Shown here one piece after another: positions 7,806 to 18,182 of a stretch of DNA of 64,000 nt. The notes beneath the pieces are model-generated. The model made no database searches. It was not told the origin of the DNA and saw only the letters and a program-made list of their open reading frames with translations. Position numbers and translations under genes: made by a program. Source of the DNA: a virus. How positions within the stretch are numbered: position 1 is the stretch's first letter; the number at the start of each line of letters is the position of its first letter. The stretch spans positions 13,896-77,895 of IMG/VR virus record IMGVR_UViG_3300047445_000406; one strand, 5' to 3'.

Positions 7806-8867
7806 ATGGCCACTGTACTGAAACTCACCCCTTCCCAGGCCCGTAGCGCGATCGTGAAGGCCATCCAGGCCCATCTGGTACCCATGCTGCATGGCAGCCC
7901 GGCCATCGGTAAATCCTCCATCGTGCACAGCATCGCCGAGGAATTCAACCTGAAGCTGATCGACCTGCGCCTGTCCCAGTGCGACCCGACTGACCTGCTT
8001 GGCTTCCCCACGGTGGTGAGCGGCCGAGCCACCTACACACCGATGGACACCTTCCCGATCGCCGGCGACAACCTGCCGGAGATCCTGGATGCCGACGGCA
8101 AGGGGACCGGCAAGCACTATGCAGGCTGGCTGCTGTTCCTGGACGAGCTGCCCACTGCTCCCCCTGCAGTACAGGCAGCGGCCTACAAGCTGATCCTGGA
8201 CCGCATGGTGGGCAATCACATGCTGCACAAGAAACTGGCCATCGTCGGCGCCGGCAACCTGGAATCGGACAATGCCCTGGTGAGCCCGATGTCCACTGCC
8301 CTGCAGTCGCGCATGGTGCACCTGCAGCTGCGCATGGATGTGGCCGAATGGCTGGACTGGGCACGCAGCAACAATATCGACTTCCGCATCACCTCGTATG
8401 TGGACTTCAAGAAGGAAGTGCTGTACACCTTCCAGCCGGACCACACCGACCACACCTATGCCTCGCCCCGCACCTGGCACTTCGCCGACGCCATCATCAA
8501 GGTGATCAAGACCGTGGAAGACACCGATGCGCAATCGCTGCTGGGCGGCTGCCTGAGCGAAGGCGTGGCTTCGGAGTTCATCGAATTCTGCCGCATCGAA
8601 TCCGAGATCCCGAAGATGCGCGACATCATCGCCGATCCGGGCAATGTACGGGTGCCGAGCGAAGCCTCGTTCCTGTACCTGCTGTGCGGCTCGATCGGTG
8701 CCAATGCGACCAAGGACCACCTGGATGCTGTCGCCACCTACGTGAAACGCTTCCCGGCCGAGTTCCAGGTCATCGGCCTGAAGAACATCGTCAAGCGTGA
8801 CAACACGGCCATGGCCCACCCAGCGATCCAGAAGTGGATTGCCACCTCCGGCGCCAAGCTGTTCTAA
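7806..8867 (+). CDS. MoxR-like AAA+ ATPase (N4 gp24-like)
   Basis: Walker A GSPAIGKS, Walker B LLFLDE, GAGN, ALQSRM and SPRTW; ATG at 7806 follows RBS AGGAG. Confidence 0.88.
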   Translation: MATVLKLTPSQARSAIVKAIQAHLVPMLHGSPAIGKSSIVHSIAEEFNLKLIDLRLSQCDPTDLLGFPTVVSGRATYTPMDTFPIAGDNLPEILDADGKGTGKHYAGWLLFLDELPTAPPAVQAAAYKLILDRMVGNHMLHKKLAIVGAGNLESDNALVSPMSTALQSRMVHLQLRMDVAEWLDWARSNNIDFRITSYVDFKKEVLYTFQPDHTDHTYASPRTWHFADAIIKVIKTVEDTDAQSLLGGCLSEGVASEFIEFCRIESEIPKMRDIIADPGNVRVPSEASFLYLLCGSIGANATKDHLDAVATYVKRFPAEFQVIGLKNIVKRDNTAMAHPAIQKWIATSGAKLF

Positions 8868-9001
8868 GGCAAAGACCGTGGGTGCGCATTACAAGAACGG
8901 GGTGCCTGTGCCCATCACACGCTGGGAGGGATCCTGGGCGTGGGAGCAGCAACAGGCACGTGAAGCCAAGAAAGAACAAGCCAGAAAGGAGCAGGAACGC
9001 T

Positions 9002-9238
9002 ATGAGAATCACCCAAGGCTTCGTAGCCGTCACCCCTGACGGTGAATATGTACAGTGGTGGCAACGCAGCACCCATACCGGTTACCGTACCGAGTTTGGC
9101 ACCACCACCAAGATTGATGAGGCGACAGTGAATCCTTATCCCAAGCTGCGTCAGGCAGACGGCATGCCGCAGCACACCTGGGTACCGGTAGAGCTGCGCG
9201 TGGAAGTCGTCTTAAAAGGCTACGGAGTCAAACCATGA
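9002..9238 (+). CDS. Hypothetical protein
   Basis: ATG at 9002 after AGGA; ATGA overlap with the next gene. Confidence 0.55.
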   Translation: MRITQGFVAVTPDGEYVQWWQRSTHTGYRTEFGTTTKIDEATVNPYPKLRQADGMPQHTWVPVELRVEVVLKGYGVKP

Positions 9239-9561
9239 TTACCCAAGCCGACATCGACGCCACCGAGCGCGGTGAAACCATCTGGGGCACCACCCGGTGC
9301 CTGCCGGAGGTATGGGACATCCCGCCTCACTTCCTGATCGACATCTACAACGGCACGTCGTATGGCAGGATGATCATCGCCTGGTATACCGGTGACCCGA
9401 TCCCTGACGTACAGGTCACCTTCAATCCTGGCTTCAAAGCCGATGGGCAGGGATTGAAGCAATTCATCATGGCCCACCTGAAGACCATGATCCCCAATCA
9501 CGATCACAAGATCGGGGGTTGTGCCTATCTGCTGTCCCAGGTAATCACCATCAAGGAGTAG
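9235..9561 (+). CDS. Hypothetical protein
   Basis: RBS GGAG; 108 aa. Confidence 0.6.
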   Translation: MITQADIDATERGETIWGTTRCLPEVWDIPPHFLIDIYNGTSYGRMIIAWYTGDPIPDVQVTFNPGFKADGQGLKQFIMAHLKTMIPNHDHKIGGCAYLLSQVITIKE

Positions 9562-9564
9562 CAC

Positions 9565-9753
9565 ATGGAAGTCGACAACGTACATCAGCACTTCACCATC
9601 CTGAAACTGACGGATGAAGAAGCCAACTGGCTGAACGGCGTCATGCAGAATTCCTTGCATGGCGAAGATGAAATCAAGGCAGACCAGGACATGCGTGAGA
9701 AATTCTTCAACGCAACCCGTGCTGTAGCACTCGACTACCGTAGCCCTCGCTAA
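9565..9753 (+). CDS. Small hypothetical protein
   Basis: RBS AAGGAG. Confidence 0.6.
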   Translation: MEVDNVHQHFTILKLTDEEANWLNGVMQNSLHGEDEIKADQDMREKFFNATRAVALDYRSPR

Positions 9754-9865
9754 AACAACATTGTGGTGTCGCATTGTTGCTTGCGTGCTTGAACCCTCAG
9801 AAGTTGTGTACTACTGTGAGATTGTCACACGACACTTTCAACATACAACTTTTCCAGGAGTCAAC

Positions 9866-10171
9866 ATGGGCAATGTCTCTGGCACCCCAACTGCGACGCT
9901 CCGACAGGCGCTGTACGACCTGCTCGAAGGGGGTAGTTTCCGTTTTGATGTCAAAACCCGTAGTCTCATCAGTGAAGCAGAGAAGGCGCTGCGTGCCACC
10001 AAGCCGATCGCCGTGCATGAACGGGCCGTCGGCCTGTTCTGCTACGACAAAGATGAGCATGCCTTCCTGCCGGTACCAGAAGAGCTGGGGCTGGATGAGT
10101 GTGGCAAGCCGAAACCAGGATGCGAATACCTGTTCCGGCAGCCGGCATCCCTGGTGCAGCTCACTGCATAG
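9866..10171 (+). CDS. Hypothetical protein
   Basis: ATG at 9866 after AGGAG. Confidence 0.6.
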   Translation: MGNVSGTPTATLRQALYDLLEGGSFRFDVKTRSLISEAEKALRATKPIAVHERAVGLFCYDKDEHAFLPVPEELGLDECGKPKPGCEYLFRQPASLVQLTA

Positions 10172-10192
10172 CTGAAACACCAACCCAGTATA

Positions 10193-10217
10193 GAAGCCAC
10201 CTTCGGGTGGCTTTTTT
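10193..10217 (+). terminator. Intrinsic terminator
   Basis: GAAGCCACC-TTCG-GGTGGCTTTTTT with a UUCG tetraloop. Confidence 0.85.
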
Positions 10218-10233
10218 CATTTCAGGAGAAACA

Positions 10234-10476
10234 ATGTTTGCATTTATTCGCAAGATGGAGAGCTGGATGGAGCCTCCTAAAACCACCGCATTGGAAGATG
10301 CCATTGCTGGCTTGGCTGATGCCGAGAAGCAAGCACTAACCGAACAAACCATGGCAGAATACGCCGCTGCTGAGGTCATCTGCCACAGGGCAATGGCCGA
10401 GTTCCAGCAGAAACGTGCTGCCCGCCTGCAAGCTTACGTCCACGACAAGACTAATGGCAAGCCGGCACCCGATTAA
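10234..10476 (+). CDS. Small helical hypothetical protein
   Basis: ATG at 10234 after AGGAG. Confidence 0.6.
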   Translation: MFAFIRKMESWMEPPKTTALEDAIAGLADAEKQALTEQTMAEYAAAEVICHRAMAEFQQKRAARLQAYVHDKTNGKPAPD

Positions 10477-10485
10477 GGAATCGCC

Positions 10486-10965
10486 ATGTCGAACGAACGC
10501 ACCATCACCCTGACCATCCTGGCTTCCCAGAAAGAGCTGGCCCAGAAAATTCTGGAACCTAATCTGGGAAAGCCGGACGATGAAAATGACTTCATCGTCA
10601 ATGCTGATCCGGCGCTGCACTATATGCAGTACTACGAAGCCAAGGATGCCCATTTCACCAAACCCCTGGTGGAACTGAAGAATGCCGGCATTGCCTGGGA
10701 CTATGAATACAGTCGTGGTGAAGACATGGACAGTCAGCCGGGTGAAGACCATCTGCGCTTTACCGACACCGGTGAAGCCATCATCACCGGCTGGCTGGAA
10801 GAGGACCAGTACATCTCAGTGCGTGATCTGATGGAAGCCCTGGACCATCCGAGATTGCTGCGTGCACGCATCCTGGAAGCAGACGCCAAGCTGCAGGTGA
10901 TGTCCTGGACAGACCAGGAAGAATATGGCAAACGCCACAAGGCAGCGATGTACCTGTCATCGTAG
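10486..10965 (+). CDS. Hypothetical protein
   Basis: RBS AAGGA; 159 aa, acidic. Confidence 0.65.
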   Translation: MSNERTITLTILASQKELAQKILEPNLGKPDDENDFIVNADPALHYMQYYEAKDAHFTKPLVELKNAGIAWDYEYSRGEDMDSQPGEDHLRFTDTGEAIITGWLEEDQYISVRDLMEALDHPRLLRARILEADAKLQVMSWTDQEEYGKRHKAAMYLSS

Positions 10966-11040
10966 CCAGTACCACCCGTAACATCTCCTTGAGAGGCGTG
11001 CCTCCGGCCGCCCTGATGACTTTCCCCTACCGAGGACACC

Positions 11041-12228
11041 ATGCAAATGAACGATCTCCAGACTGCCCTGGACCGCGCCAAGATTGGCCTGATGCAGACC
11101 CGTGACAGCGCCTTCTTTACCACCATCGCCTTCAGCCTGAAGCATATCTGGGACGACACCCAGCGCACTGCCTATGTTGATGGCGTACACATGGGCTGGA
11201 ATCCGGAGTTCTTCATGAAGATGACCCCGGATGAACGCATCGGTGTGATGGTGCATGAGGCCTGCCACATGGCCTTCGACCACATCGGCCTGCAGCTACT
11301 GCACCCGGACTGGTGCCCGGACCTGTTGAACCAGGCGGCCGACCACGTTATCAACCTGATGCTGAAGGAACGTGGTTTCCAGCTGCCGCATCCGCACCTG
11401 GCTGAGGACCGTTTCAAGGGCATGCACACCGAACAGATCTACAAGATCCTGGCCGATGAAGCGGCCCAGGGCAAGCCCATGCCACAACTGCCGATGGCCG
11501 ACCTGCGGCCACCAAAGCCAGGCGATGAACCGGGCGCCGGCAGCGGTCCCAATCCGGGTACCGGCATGACGCCGGAACAGCTGACCAAGCACATCCAGGG
11601 CATCATCGTGCGTGCCTCGCTCCAGTCGAAAATGGCCGGTGACAAGCCGGGCACCATTCCTGGCGAGATTGAGCTGTACCTGGACAACCTGTTCAATCCC
11701 AAGCTGCCGTGGACCACGCTGCTGCGCCGCTTTCTGACCGAATTCAGCAAGAACGACTACAGCTGGAAGAAGCCGAATCGCCGTTTCTTCCCGGATCATT
11801 ATCTGCCATCGCTGTACAGCATGAACCTGACCGAGCTGGACTTCTACGTCGACATCTCCGGATCGGTGGAAGACTACCAGTTCCAAATCTTCGTCTCTGA
11901 GATTGCCGGCGTGATGAAGTTCATGAAGCCAAAGAAGCTGACCATCATCCAGTTCGATACCCGTATCCAGCACGTCAACGAGGTGCGTTCGATCCAGGAA
12001 CTGATGCAGGTCAAATTCCATGGCCGTGGTGGCACCAGTGTGCGCGAGGTCATGGAGCGCATCAGCAAGGAAAAGAAGGCCTTGTCGCTGATCTTCACCG
12101 ATGGCGAATTCCACTGGCCCAAGAACCCACCCAAACAACGCATTCTGTGGCTGATCAACGATAACCCCAGACTGCAACCCACCTTCGGCCATACGGTGCA
12201 CTTCAGCACCAAGGACTACACCAAATGA
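11041..12228 (+). CDS. Metallopeptidase-like plus VWA domain protein (DUF2201-type, N4 gp25-like)
   Basis: HEACH (HExxH), N.AADHVIN and MIDAS DISGS...GRGGT...FTDG motifs. Confidence 0.88.
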   Translation: MQMNDLQTALDRAKIGLMQTRDSAFFTTIAFSLKHIWDDTQRTAYVDGVHMGWNPEFFMKMTPDERIGVMVHEACHMAFDHIGLQLLHPDWCPDLLNQAADHVINLMLKERGFQLPHPHLAEDRFKGMHTEQIYKILADEAAQGKPMPQLPMADLRPPKPGDEPGAGSGPNPGTGMTPEQLTKHIQGIIVRASLQSKMAGDKPGTIPGEIELYLDNLFNPKLPWTTLLRRFLTEFSKNDYSWKKPNRRFFPDHYLPSLYSMNLTELDFYVDISGSVEDYQFQIFVSEIAGVMKFMKPKKLTIIQFDTRIQHVNEVRSIQELMQVKFHGRGGTSVREVMERISKEKKALSLIFTDGEFHWPKNPPKQRILWLINDNPRLQPTFGHTVHFSTKDYTK

Positions 12229-13514
12229 CTTCTACCCTCAACCTAGATACCCTGGTCCTGAATGAGGACCAGGACAGCGCCCTGAACAAGTTCGTGGGTT
12301 TCCTGTGCGACCCGGCCAAGCAGGTATTCCTGTTGGAAGGTTATTCCGGCACCGGCAAGACCACACTGATCCGCAAGCTGATGGACAACCTGCCGCGCTA
12401 CATCCGCTCGGTCAAGGCCATCTGGCCGGATTACCCGGAGTATGAAGTGCAGCTGACCGCCACCACCAACAAGGCGGCCGATACCTTCAGCCGTGTTACC
12501 GGTATGGATGTGCGGACCATCCACAGCTTTCTGGAGCTGCGCATCCATAACGACTTCAAGACAGGCCAGAAGGTACTGGTACCGAAGCGCGAGAACGACT
12601 TCAAGTACAACTACCTGTTGTTCATCGATGAAGCCAGTTACATCAACAGTGAGCTGCTGGGCCTGATCTTCAGCCAGACCAAGGGCTGCAAGATCGTGCT
12701 GATGGGCGATCGCGCCCAGCTGCTGGCACCGAAGTCGCTGGCAGCCCCGGTCTTCCTGGCGGGCTTTGAAGGCGCCATGCTGGAGAAGCCCATGCGCCAG
12801 ATGGTGAACGGCGTGCCACAAGCCAACCCGATCACCGACATCGCCACCCTGTTCCGCCACACGGTCAATGGCAGTGACTGGCCCAAGTTCAAGCCCGATG
12901 GCCAGTACGTGCAATATCTGGACCGGGCCGATTTCGAGAGCGAGATCATTGCCGAATTCACCCGGCCTGACTGGCAGTACCACGATTCCAAGGTGCTGGC
13001 TTACACCAACAACTGCGTGATCGCCTACAACAACGCCATCCGTAACCAAGTGGCCGGCGACCCGCAACTGCAGCCCGGTGACTATGCCGAGAACAACAGC
13101 TTCATCTCGGTGGGTCACAAGGGCAATATGGCGTCGATCAAGACTGACCAGCTGGTGTACATCAGCGAAATCGAATCCGACTCGCATCACCATGACGTGC
13201 TGGGCAACTGGGTGACCGTGGACGGGCAGATCCGCGTGTTCCACCCGAAGTCGCGCAAGGACAAACAGAAGTACATCAATGAGCAGCGTGCACTGGGCCA
13301 CTACAGCCATGTGCGGGAAGCCGAGAACTGGATCGACCTGCGGGCAGTCTTTGCCCAGACGGTCAACAAGGCCCAGGGATCGACTTACGGCACGGTGTTC
13401 ATCGACCTCGACAACATCAAGACCTGCACCAGTGGCAACCAGATAGCCCGCATGATGTATGTGGGCATCTCGCGTGCCACCACCCGCGTGGTCCTTACCG
13501 GAGATCTGGTATGA
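12225..13514 (+). CDS. SF1B DNA helicase (Dda/RecD-like)
   Basis: GYSGTGKT, TTNKAA, TIHSFL, IDEAS, GDRAQL, TVNKAQGST and YVGISRA. Confidence 0.92.
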   Translation: MTSTLNLDTLVLNEDQDSALNKFVGFLCDPAKQVFLLEGYSGTGKTTLIRKLMDNLPRYIRSVKAIWPDYPEYEVQLTATTNKAADTFSRVTGMDVRTIHSFLELRIHNDFKTGQKVLVPKRENDFKYNYLLFIDEASYINSELLGLIFSQTKGCKIVLMGDRAQLLAPKSLAAPVFLAGFEGAMLEKPMRQMVNGVPQANPITDIATLFRHTVNGSDWPKFKPDGQYVQYLDRADFESEIIAEFTRPDWQYHDSKVLAYTNNCVIAYNNAIRNQVAGDPQLQPGDYAENNSFISVGHKGNMASIKTDQLVYISEIESDSHHHDVLGNWVTVDGQIRVFHPKSRKDKQKYINEQRALGHYSHVREAENWIDLRAVFAQTVNKAQGSTYGTVFIDLDNIKTCTSGNQIARMMYVGISRATTRVVLTGDLV

Positions 13515-13882
13515 AAAAGAGCGAAATCCTGCAGCAAGCCAGGAACATGCTGGCACGGGGGACACGGCAAAACATCTGCCATGCCATCAGTGGCGTGGCC
13601 TTGTTGACGCCGGGCGCCCTGAGTCAATGCCTGGAACTGCGTAGCTGGATCAAGGACATGCTGGAAGGCCATGATTACTACCCGATCTGGCTGCGTGTTA
13701 AACATCCGGATTTCCTGGGTGCCCAGTTCATCAAAGACAACGATGCCGAGCAGATTTTCCTGACCGGCCGTCTGGCTTGGATGGACTGGATGATCCAGTC
13801 CTGGAAGCAGTGGGAGGCAGAGGACGAGCAGCATGCTCCCCGTGGCTGGCCCGAACCCATCAAGAAATTAATTCCTTTTTAG
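13511..13882 (+). CDS. Hypothetical protein
   Basis: ATGA overlap; RBS GGAG. Confidence 0.6.
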   Translation: MKKSEILQQARNMLARGTRQNICHAISGVALLTPGALSQCLELRSWIKDMLEGHDYYPIWLRVKHPDFLGAQFIKDNDAEQIFLTGRLAWMDWMIQSWKQWEAEDEQHAPRGWPEPIKKLIPF

Positions 13883-13891
13883 GAGCACCCC

Positions 13892-14212
13892 ATGAAAAAG
13901 ATGATCCTGGTGTCGTTGACCGACGCCGACGGCGATGCCCATGTCAAGCTGTGCAATGCCTGCGCACTGGAATGGTTCAACTCGCCTTACCCGAGAACAG
14001 GTGAGGAAGTAATACCGGCCGATGTGCTGTTTGGCTTTGAAGAAGCCGTTGATGACGACAGCTTGATGGTGCGTGTTACCTCTGGTTCCGGCGATAACGA
14101 CCGTGCCCTGGCTTGCCCAGGCGATGCCATGTCCAGCGTCACCGCAGCTTTCAAATACGCCAAGGCCAACCACATCGACATCGTGGACGAATACCATGGC
14201 ATGGTGTACTGA
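13892..14212 (+). CDS. Hypothetical acidic protein
   Basis: RBS AGGAG. Confidence 0.6.
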   Translation: MKKMILVSLTDADGDAHVKLCNACALEWFNSPYPRTGEEVIPADVLFGFEEAVDDDSLMVRVTSGSGDNDRALACPGDAMSSVTAAFKYAKANHIDIVDEYHGMVY

Positions 14213-14227
14213 GGATCGGGTGCTGTC

Positions 14228-14737
14228 ATGGCCATACAAGATCCCCGGCTGAAAGCCAACATGAAGGGGTGGATGTCGCACATCCTGTACGGCCCCTACC
14301 ACACCCGCAGAGGAAACCAGTTGGATAACCTGATTGCCCGCAACATGCGGCTGCAAGGCGTCCAATACCAGTGCTTTACCTACCGCGGGGATTACTTCGG
14401 CGTGATGTATACAGGAGCATTTCTCCGGCCGAAGCTGCATGCAGAGCTGCACCACGAGATGGACGTGTACCTGGCCGAGGAGAATGAGCGCCTGGCCAAC
14501 GAAACACCCTATGTCGACAACTACATCGTGCGCGTGCTTAACGCCAGCGAGTCCTTTAAAGACTGGCTGAAGTTGCTGCCCGATTCGATGAAGGGGCCGG
14601 TGTACCAGCTGCTGCAAAGCTTCCAGAGCGACCCGGAAACGCTAACACCTGACCAGGTGGATGCGTTACTGGCGGAAGGTGCCGCCTCGATCCAGAAGAT
14701 GAAGGAACGTATGGCGCGCAACCTGCTGCAGTCGTAA
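14228..14737 (+). CDS. Hypothetical protein upstream of the DNA polymerase
   Basis: 169-aa ORF with RBS. Confidence 0.65.
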   Translation: MAIQDPRLKANMKGWMSHILYGPYHTRRGNQLDNLIARNMRLQGVQYQCFTYRGDYFGVMYTGAFLRPKLHAELHHEMDVYLAEENERLANETPYVDNYIVRVLNASESFKDWLKLLPDSMKGPVYQLLQSFQSDPETLTPDQVDALLAEGAASIQKMKERMARNLLQS

Positions 14738-14780
14738 CAAAGCAAATTACCAAATCAAGAAACCAAGAAAGGAAACGCCC

Positions 14781-17495
14781 ATGCGGCATCTCATCTTCGA
14801 GGAATCCCCAACCCACACCTACCCGGTGGCGTTGCTGACCAAGCCCAGTGCCTTCGTCAAAAAGGATCTGGGCTTGCATTATCTGGATCCCTGGAAAACC
14901 ATGGGCATCTCCCGCAAGGAGGTGATTGGCTTCACGTTGGAAGTCGATAGCAAGAAGGTGTCCACCACCTTCGCCAAGACTTACCTGAACGACCTGATGC
15001 CGGTGCTAAAGGAGCAGGGCGTGCAGTATCTGTACTGCACCGACTCGACCTACTTCAAGCTGCTGACCAAGCAGGGCAAGGCTGATGTGCACCAGGGCTA
15101 CGTCCTACCCTGCAAGCTGGCCGGCTATGAACACATGCACGTGGTGCTGGGCCTGAATCACCAGCAGCTGATCTACAACCCGGACCTGGTGCAGAAGCTG
15201 GACCAGTCCCTGTATGCCCTGGCTTCGCACCTGCAGGGTACCTACGTGGCACCGGGCTCCGGCATCATCCACAAGGGACTGTATCCGAAGACGCTGCAGG
15301 AGATCCGTGACACGCTGGAAGCCCTGAAGAGCTATCCCGAAGTCACCATGGACATCGAGGCGTTCTCCCTGCGCCACTGGAAGGCCGGCATCGGCACCGT
15401 GGCCATCGCCATCGATGAACACCATGGCGTGACCTTCCCCTGTGATTACGCACCGTATGACGCACCAGTCGAGGTGACGGAAGACGATGAGAAAGGCAAG
15501 CCAGTCAAGAAACTGCTGCACGGCCGCTACGTGAAAAACGATGCGGTGCGGGATCTGCTGCGTGACTTTATCCTGACCTATCCCGGCAAGATCACCTGGC
15601 ACAACGCCACCTATGACGTGAAGGTCTGCATCTTCACCCTGTTCATGGACAGCCTGATGGACACCAAGGGGCTGCTGGATGGTCTGGACGTGATGACGGC
15701 CCGCATGGATGACACCAAGATCATCGCCTACCTGGCCACCAATTCCTGCGCCGGCAATGTGCTGGGCCTGAAGCCTCTGGCCCATGAGTTCGCCGGCAAC
15801 TGGGCCAAGGATGACATCAAGGACATCCGCTTGATCCCGCTGCCGGACCTGCTGCAGTACAACCTGGTCGATGCCTTGTCCACCTGGTTTGTGAAGAAGA
15901 AGTACACCCCGATCATGGTGGCCGACCAGCAGGACGATCTGTACCGTTCCCTGTTCATGCCCAGCCTGAAGCTCATCATTCAGATGGAGCTGACCGGCAT
16001 GCCCATGTCGAAAAAGAAAATCGCCGAGGGCAAGGCACAGCTGGAAGCCATCCGCGACAAGCATCTGGCCACCATCGTCCACAACAAGACGATCCAGGCC
16101 ATGAATCTGCTGGTACAGGAGAAGGCCTGGAACCAGGATTACGAGACACGCCTGGCCAAGTCCAAGACCGGCAAGATCAAGGTCAAGTCGCAGGCGGACT
16201 TTGCCCACAAGCAGTTCAATCCGAATTCCGGACCACAGCTGCAGGTGCTGCTGTACGAGCTGATGGGGCTGCCGGTCATCGATCTGACGGACACCAAGCA
16301 GCCGGCCACCGGTGGGGAAACGATCGAGAAACTGATCAACCACACCAATGAGCCCGCCTACAAGGAAATCCTGCAGGCGCTGATCGAATACAGTGCCGTC
16401 GTCAAGATCCTCAACACCTTCATCCCGGCCTTTGAAGGCGCCATCAACCATGACCCGTCTAAACCAGATGAGGTATGGCTGCACGGCTCCTTCAACCTCG
16501 GGGGTGCGGTGTCCGGGCGCCTGTCGTCTTCCGACCCGAACCTGCAGAACATTCCGGCCGGTTCGACCTATGGCAAGCTGATCAAGACCTTCTTTGGCTG
16601 GCTGCAGGGCTGGATCTTTGCCGGGGCTGACTTCAATTCCTTGGAGGATTACATCTCGGCCCTGACCACCAAGGATCCCAATAAGCTGGACGTGTACATC
16701 AAGGGATTCGATGGTCACAGCCTGCGCGCCGCCTACTACTTCCGTGACCAGCTGATCGCCGAAGGCCTCAACATCGACATCACCGATCCCAAGTCGGTGA
16801 ACGTGCTGAAGAAGACCGATCACCCGCTGCGCCAGGAATCGAAGGCACCGACCTTTGCGTTGACCTACCAGGGTACCTACCGCACCCTGATGACCAACCT
16901 GGGCTGGAGTGAAGAGAAGGCCAAGATGATCGAAGCCAACTACCACGTGCTGTACCAGGTATCGGACGAGTACATCGACCGGCGCCTGGCCCAGGCCTGC
17001 AAGGATGGCTATGTGGAAGTGGCTTTCGGTCTGCGGCTGCGCACACCGATGCTGGCTCAGGTCATCTGGGGATCGTCCCGCATGCCGTCGGAAGCTGCGG
17101 CAGAAGGCCGTACAGCCGGTAACGCCATGGGCCAGTCCTATGGCCAGTTGAATAACCGTGCCGCGGTGGAATTCTGGCAAAAGGTCTGGGCCTCGAAGTA
17201 CAAGTACGACATCCTGCCCTGTGCCCTGATCCATGACGCCATCTACAGCGTCATCAGGGAAGACCTGGAAATCGTCACCTGGGCCAACAAGGAGCTGATC
17301 GACTCCATGCGCTGGCAACAGCTGCCGGAGATCCAGCACCCGACCGTCAAGCTGGGTGCGGCACTCGACCTGTTCTGGCCTGCCTGGCACAACAAAATCA
17401 CCCTGCCAAACGATGCCGACCAAGCCACCATTGGCCAGATGTGCAAAGAAGCGTGTGAAGAGTATCTCAATCCAAAAGAAAAGGGAGCAGTGTAA
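14781..17495 (+). CDS. Family A DNA polymerase with 3'-5' exonuclease
   Basis: Exo DIEA, HNATYD and YNLVD; GRLSSSDPNLQNIP; motif A ADFNSLE; motif B RQESKAPTFALTY; motif C IHDA. Confidence 0.95.
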   Translation: MRHLIFEESPTHTYPVALLTKPSAFVKKDLGLHYLDPWKTMGISRKEVIGFTLEVDSKKVSTTFAKTYLNDLMPVLKEQGVQYLYCTDSTYFKLLTKQGKADVHQGYVLPCKLAGYEHMHVVLGLNHQQLIYNPDLVQKLDQSLYALASHLQGTYVAPGSGIIHKGLYPKTLQEIRDTLEALKSYPEVTMDIEAFSLRHWKAGIGTVAIAIDEHHGVTFPCDYAPYDAPVEVTEDDEKGKPVKKLLHGRYVKNDAVRDLLRDFILTYPGKITWHNATYDVKVCIFTLFMDSLMDTKGLLDGLDVMTARMDDTKIIAYLATNSCAGNVLGLKPLAHEFAGNWAKDDIKDIRLIPLPDLLQYNLVDALSTWFVKKKYTPIMVADQQDDLYRSLFMPSLKLIIQMELTGMPMSKKKIAEGKAQLEAIRDKHLATIVHNKTIQAMNLLVQEKAWNQDYETRLAKSKTGKIKVKSQADFAHKQFNPNSGPQLQVLLYELMGLPVIDLTDTKQPATGGETIEKLINHTNEPAYKEILQALIEYSAVVKILNTFIPAFEGAINHDPSKPDEVWLHGSFNLGGAVSGRLSSSDPNLQNIPAGSTYGKLIKTFFGWLQGWIFAGADFNSLEDYISALTTKDPNKLDVYIKGFDGHSLRAAYYFRDQLIAEGLNIDITDPKSVNVLKKTDHPLRQESKAPTFALTYQGTYRTLMTNLGWSEEKAKMIEANYHVLYQVSDEYIDRRLAQACKDGYVEVAFGLRLRTPMLAQVIWGSSRMPSEAAAEGRTAGNAMGQSYGQLNNRAAVEFWQKVWASKYKYDILPCALIHDAIYSVIREDLEIVTWANKELIDSMRWQQLPEIQHPTVKLGAALDLFWPAWHNKITLPNDADQATIGQMCKEACEEYLNPKEKGAV

Positions 17496-17734
17496 TGGGC
17501 GAATTACTTTTATGTCTGGTCTTCTTTGTGGGCGGCCTTGGTATTGGCATCGGCTGCACCTCACGGGACATCACCAAACCAGCTATCACTTCTGCCATCA
17601 CGCAGTGTGCACCCAATGCAAGCCTGGTTGGACTCACCACCAGCGGGACAGGTACCACTGTTACTGCAAAGTGTGGTAACGGGGCAAGCTTTGAAATCGA
17701 CAATCGTTATGTACAACAAAAGGAAAAATCGTGA
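17495..17734 (+). CDS. Small membrane protein or lipoprotein
   Basis: Hydrophobic N-terminus ending GIGIG-C; low GC. Confidence 0.55.
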   Translation: MGELLLCLVFFVGGLGIGIGCTSRDITKPAITSAITQCAPNASLVGLTTSGTGTTVTAKCGNGASFEIDNRYVQQKEKS

Positions 17735-17964
17735 CCGCTATTACCAACAAACCGCCGACCATGAACCTGTCCAATGTTCCTGAAAACTTCGTGCCATTGA
17801 CCGAGCATGAATTCACCAAGGCCTACATCGCTGCCAGAACCGCCGCTGGCGACCACTGGAGCACGCTCGATGTGGTGCGCAGCTGGGCCGCCTACCAGCA
17901 TGATCCTGCCGGCCACTTCCTGTCCAAGCCAGAGGTGACCACCACTGGTTTGATCCCGGTGTAG
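17731..17964 (+). CDS. Hypothetical protein
   Basis: GTGA overlap; RBS AAGGA. Confidence 0.55.
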   Translation: MTAITNKPPTMNLSNVPENFVPLTEHEFTKAYIAARTAAGDHWSTLDVVRSWAAYQHDPAGHFLSKPEVTTTGLIPV

Positions 17965-17966
17965 TC

Positions 17967-18155
17967 ATGGGCCACGGTCATAGCCCGGCTGCCAAGCGCA
18001 TCGCACAACGGCAGATGGTCCGCAGCGTACCCTGCCCCAAGTGCAGTGCCAAGGCAGGTCAGAAGTGTATTGGCGTGCGGGTGAAAGCCCGTGCTGCCAG
18101 CCATCAGGAACGGTGGGATGCCTACCGTGAGCAGCAAACGAATCAAACCAACTAA
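17967..18155 (+). CDS. Small zinc-finger protein
   Basis: CPKCxAxxGxxC...H pattern. Confidence 0.6.
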   Translation: MGHGHSPAAKRIAQRQMVRSVPCPKCSAKAGQKCIGVRVKARAASHQERWDAYREQQTNQTN

Positions 18156-18182
18156 ACCAACAACAGAAACGAAGGAGTCATC

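Noticed and set aside
8878-9039. Small GTG-start ORF after the AAA gene
   Set aside because: There is no clear RBS and it overlaps the next gene; plausible but unsupported.
9815-9829. CRP-like site TGTGA-GATTG-TCACA
   Set aside because: The spacer is 5 nt rather than the canonical 6, and it is a single occurrence.
14781-17495. Intein or intron in the DNA polymerase, RNR or primase
   Set aside because: The ORFs are continuous, with no intein splice-junction or LAGLIDADG motifs.
15105-17564. Very long antisense ORFs (819 aa here; also 41306-43594, 53888-56455 and 21643-23424)
   Set aside because: They are mirror-frame artefacts of strong codon bias in high-GC genes, with no RBS or recognisable motifs.
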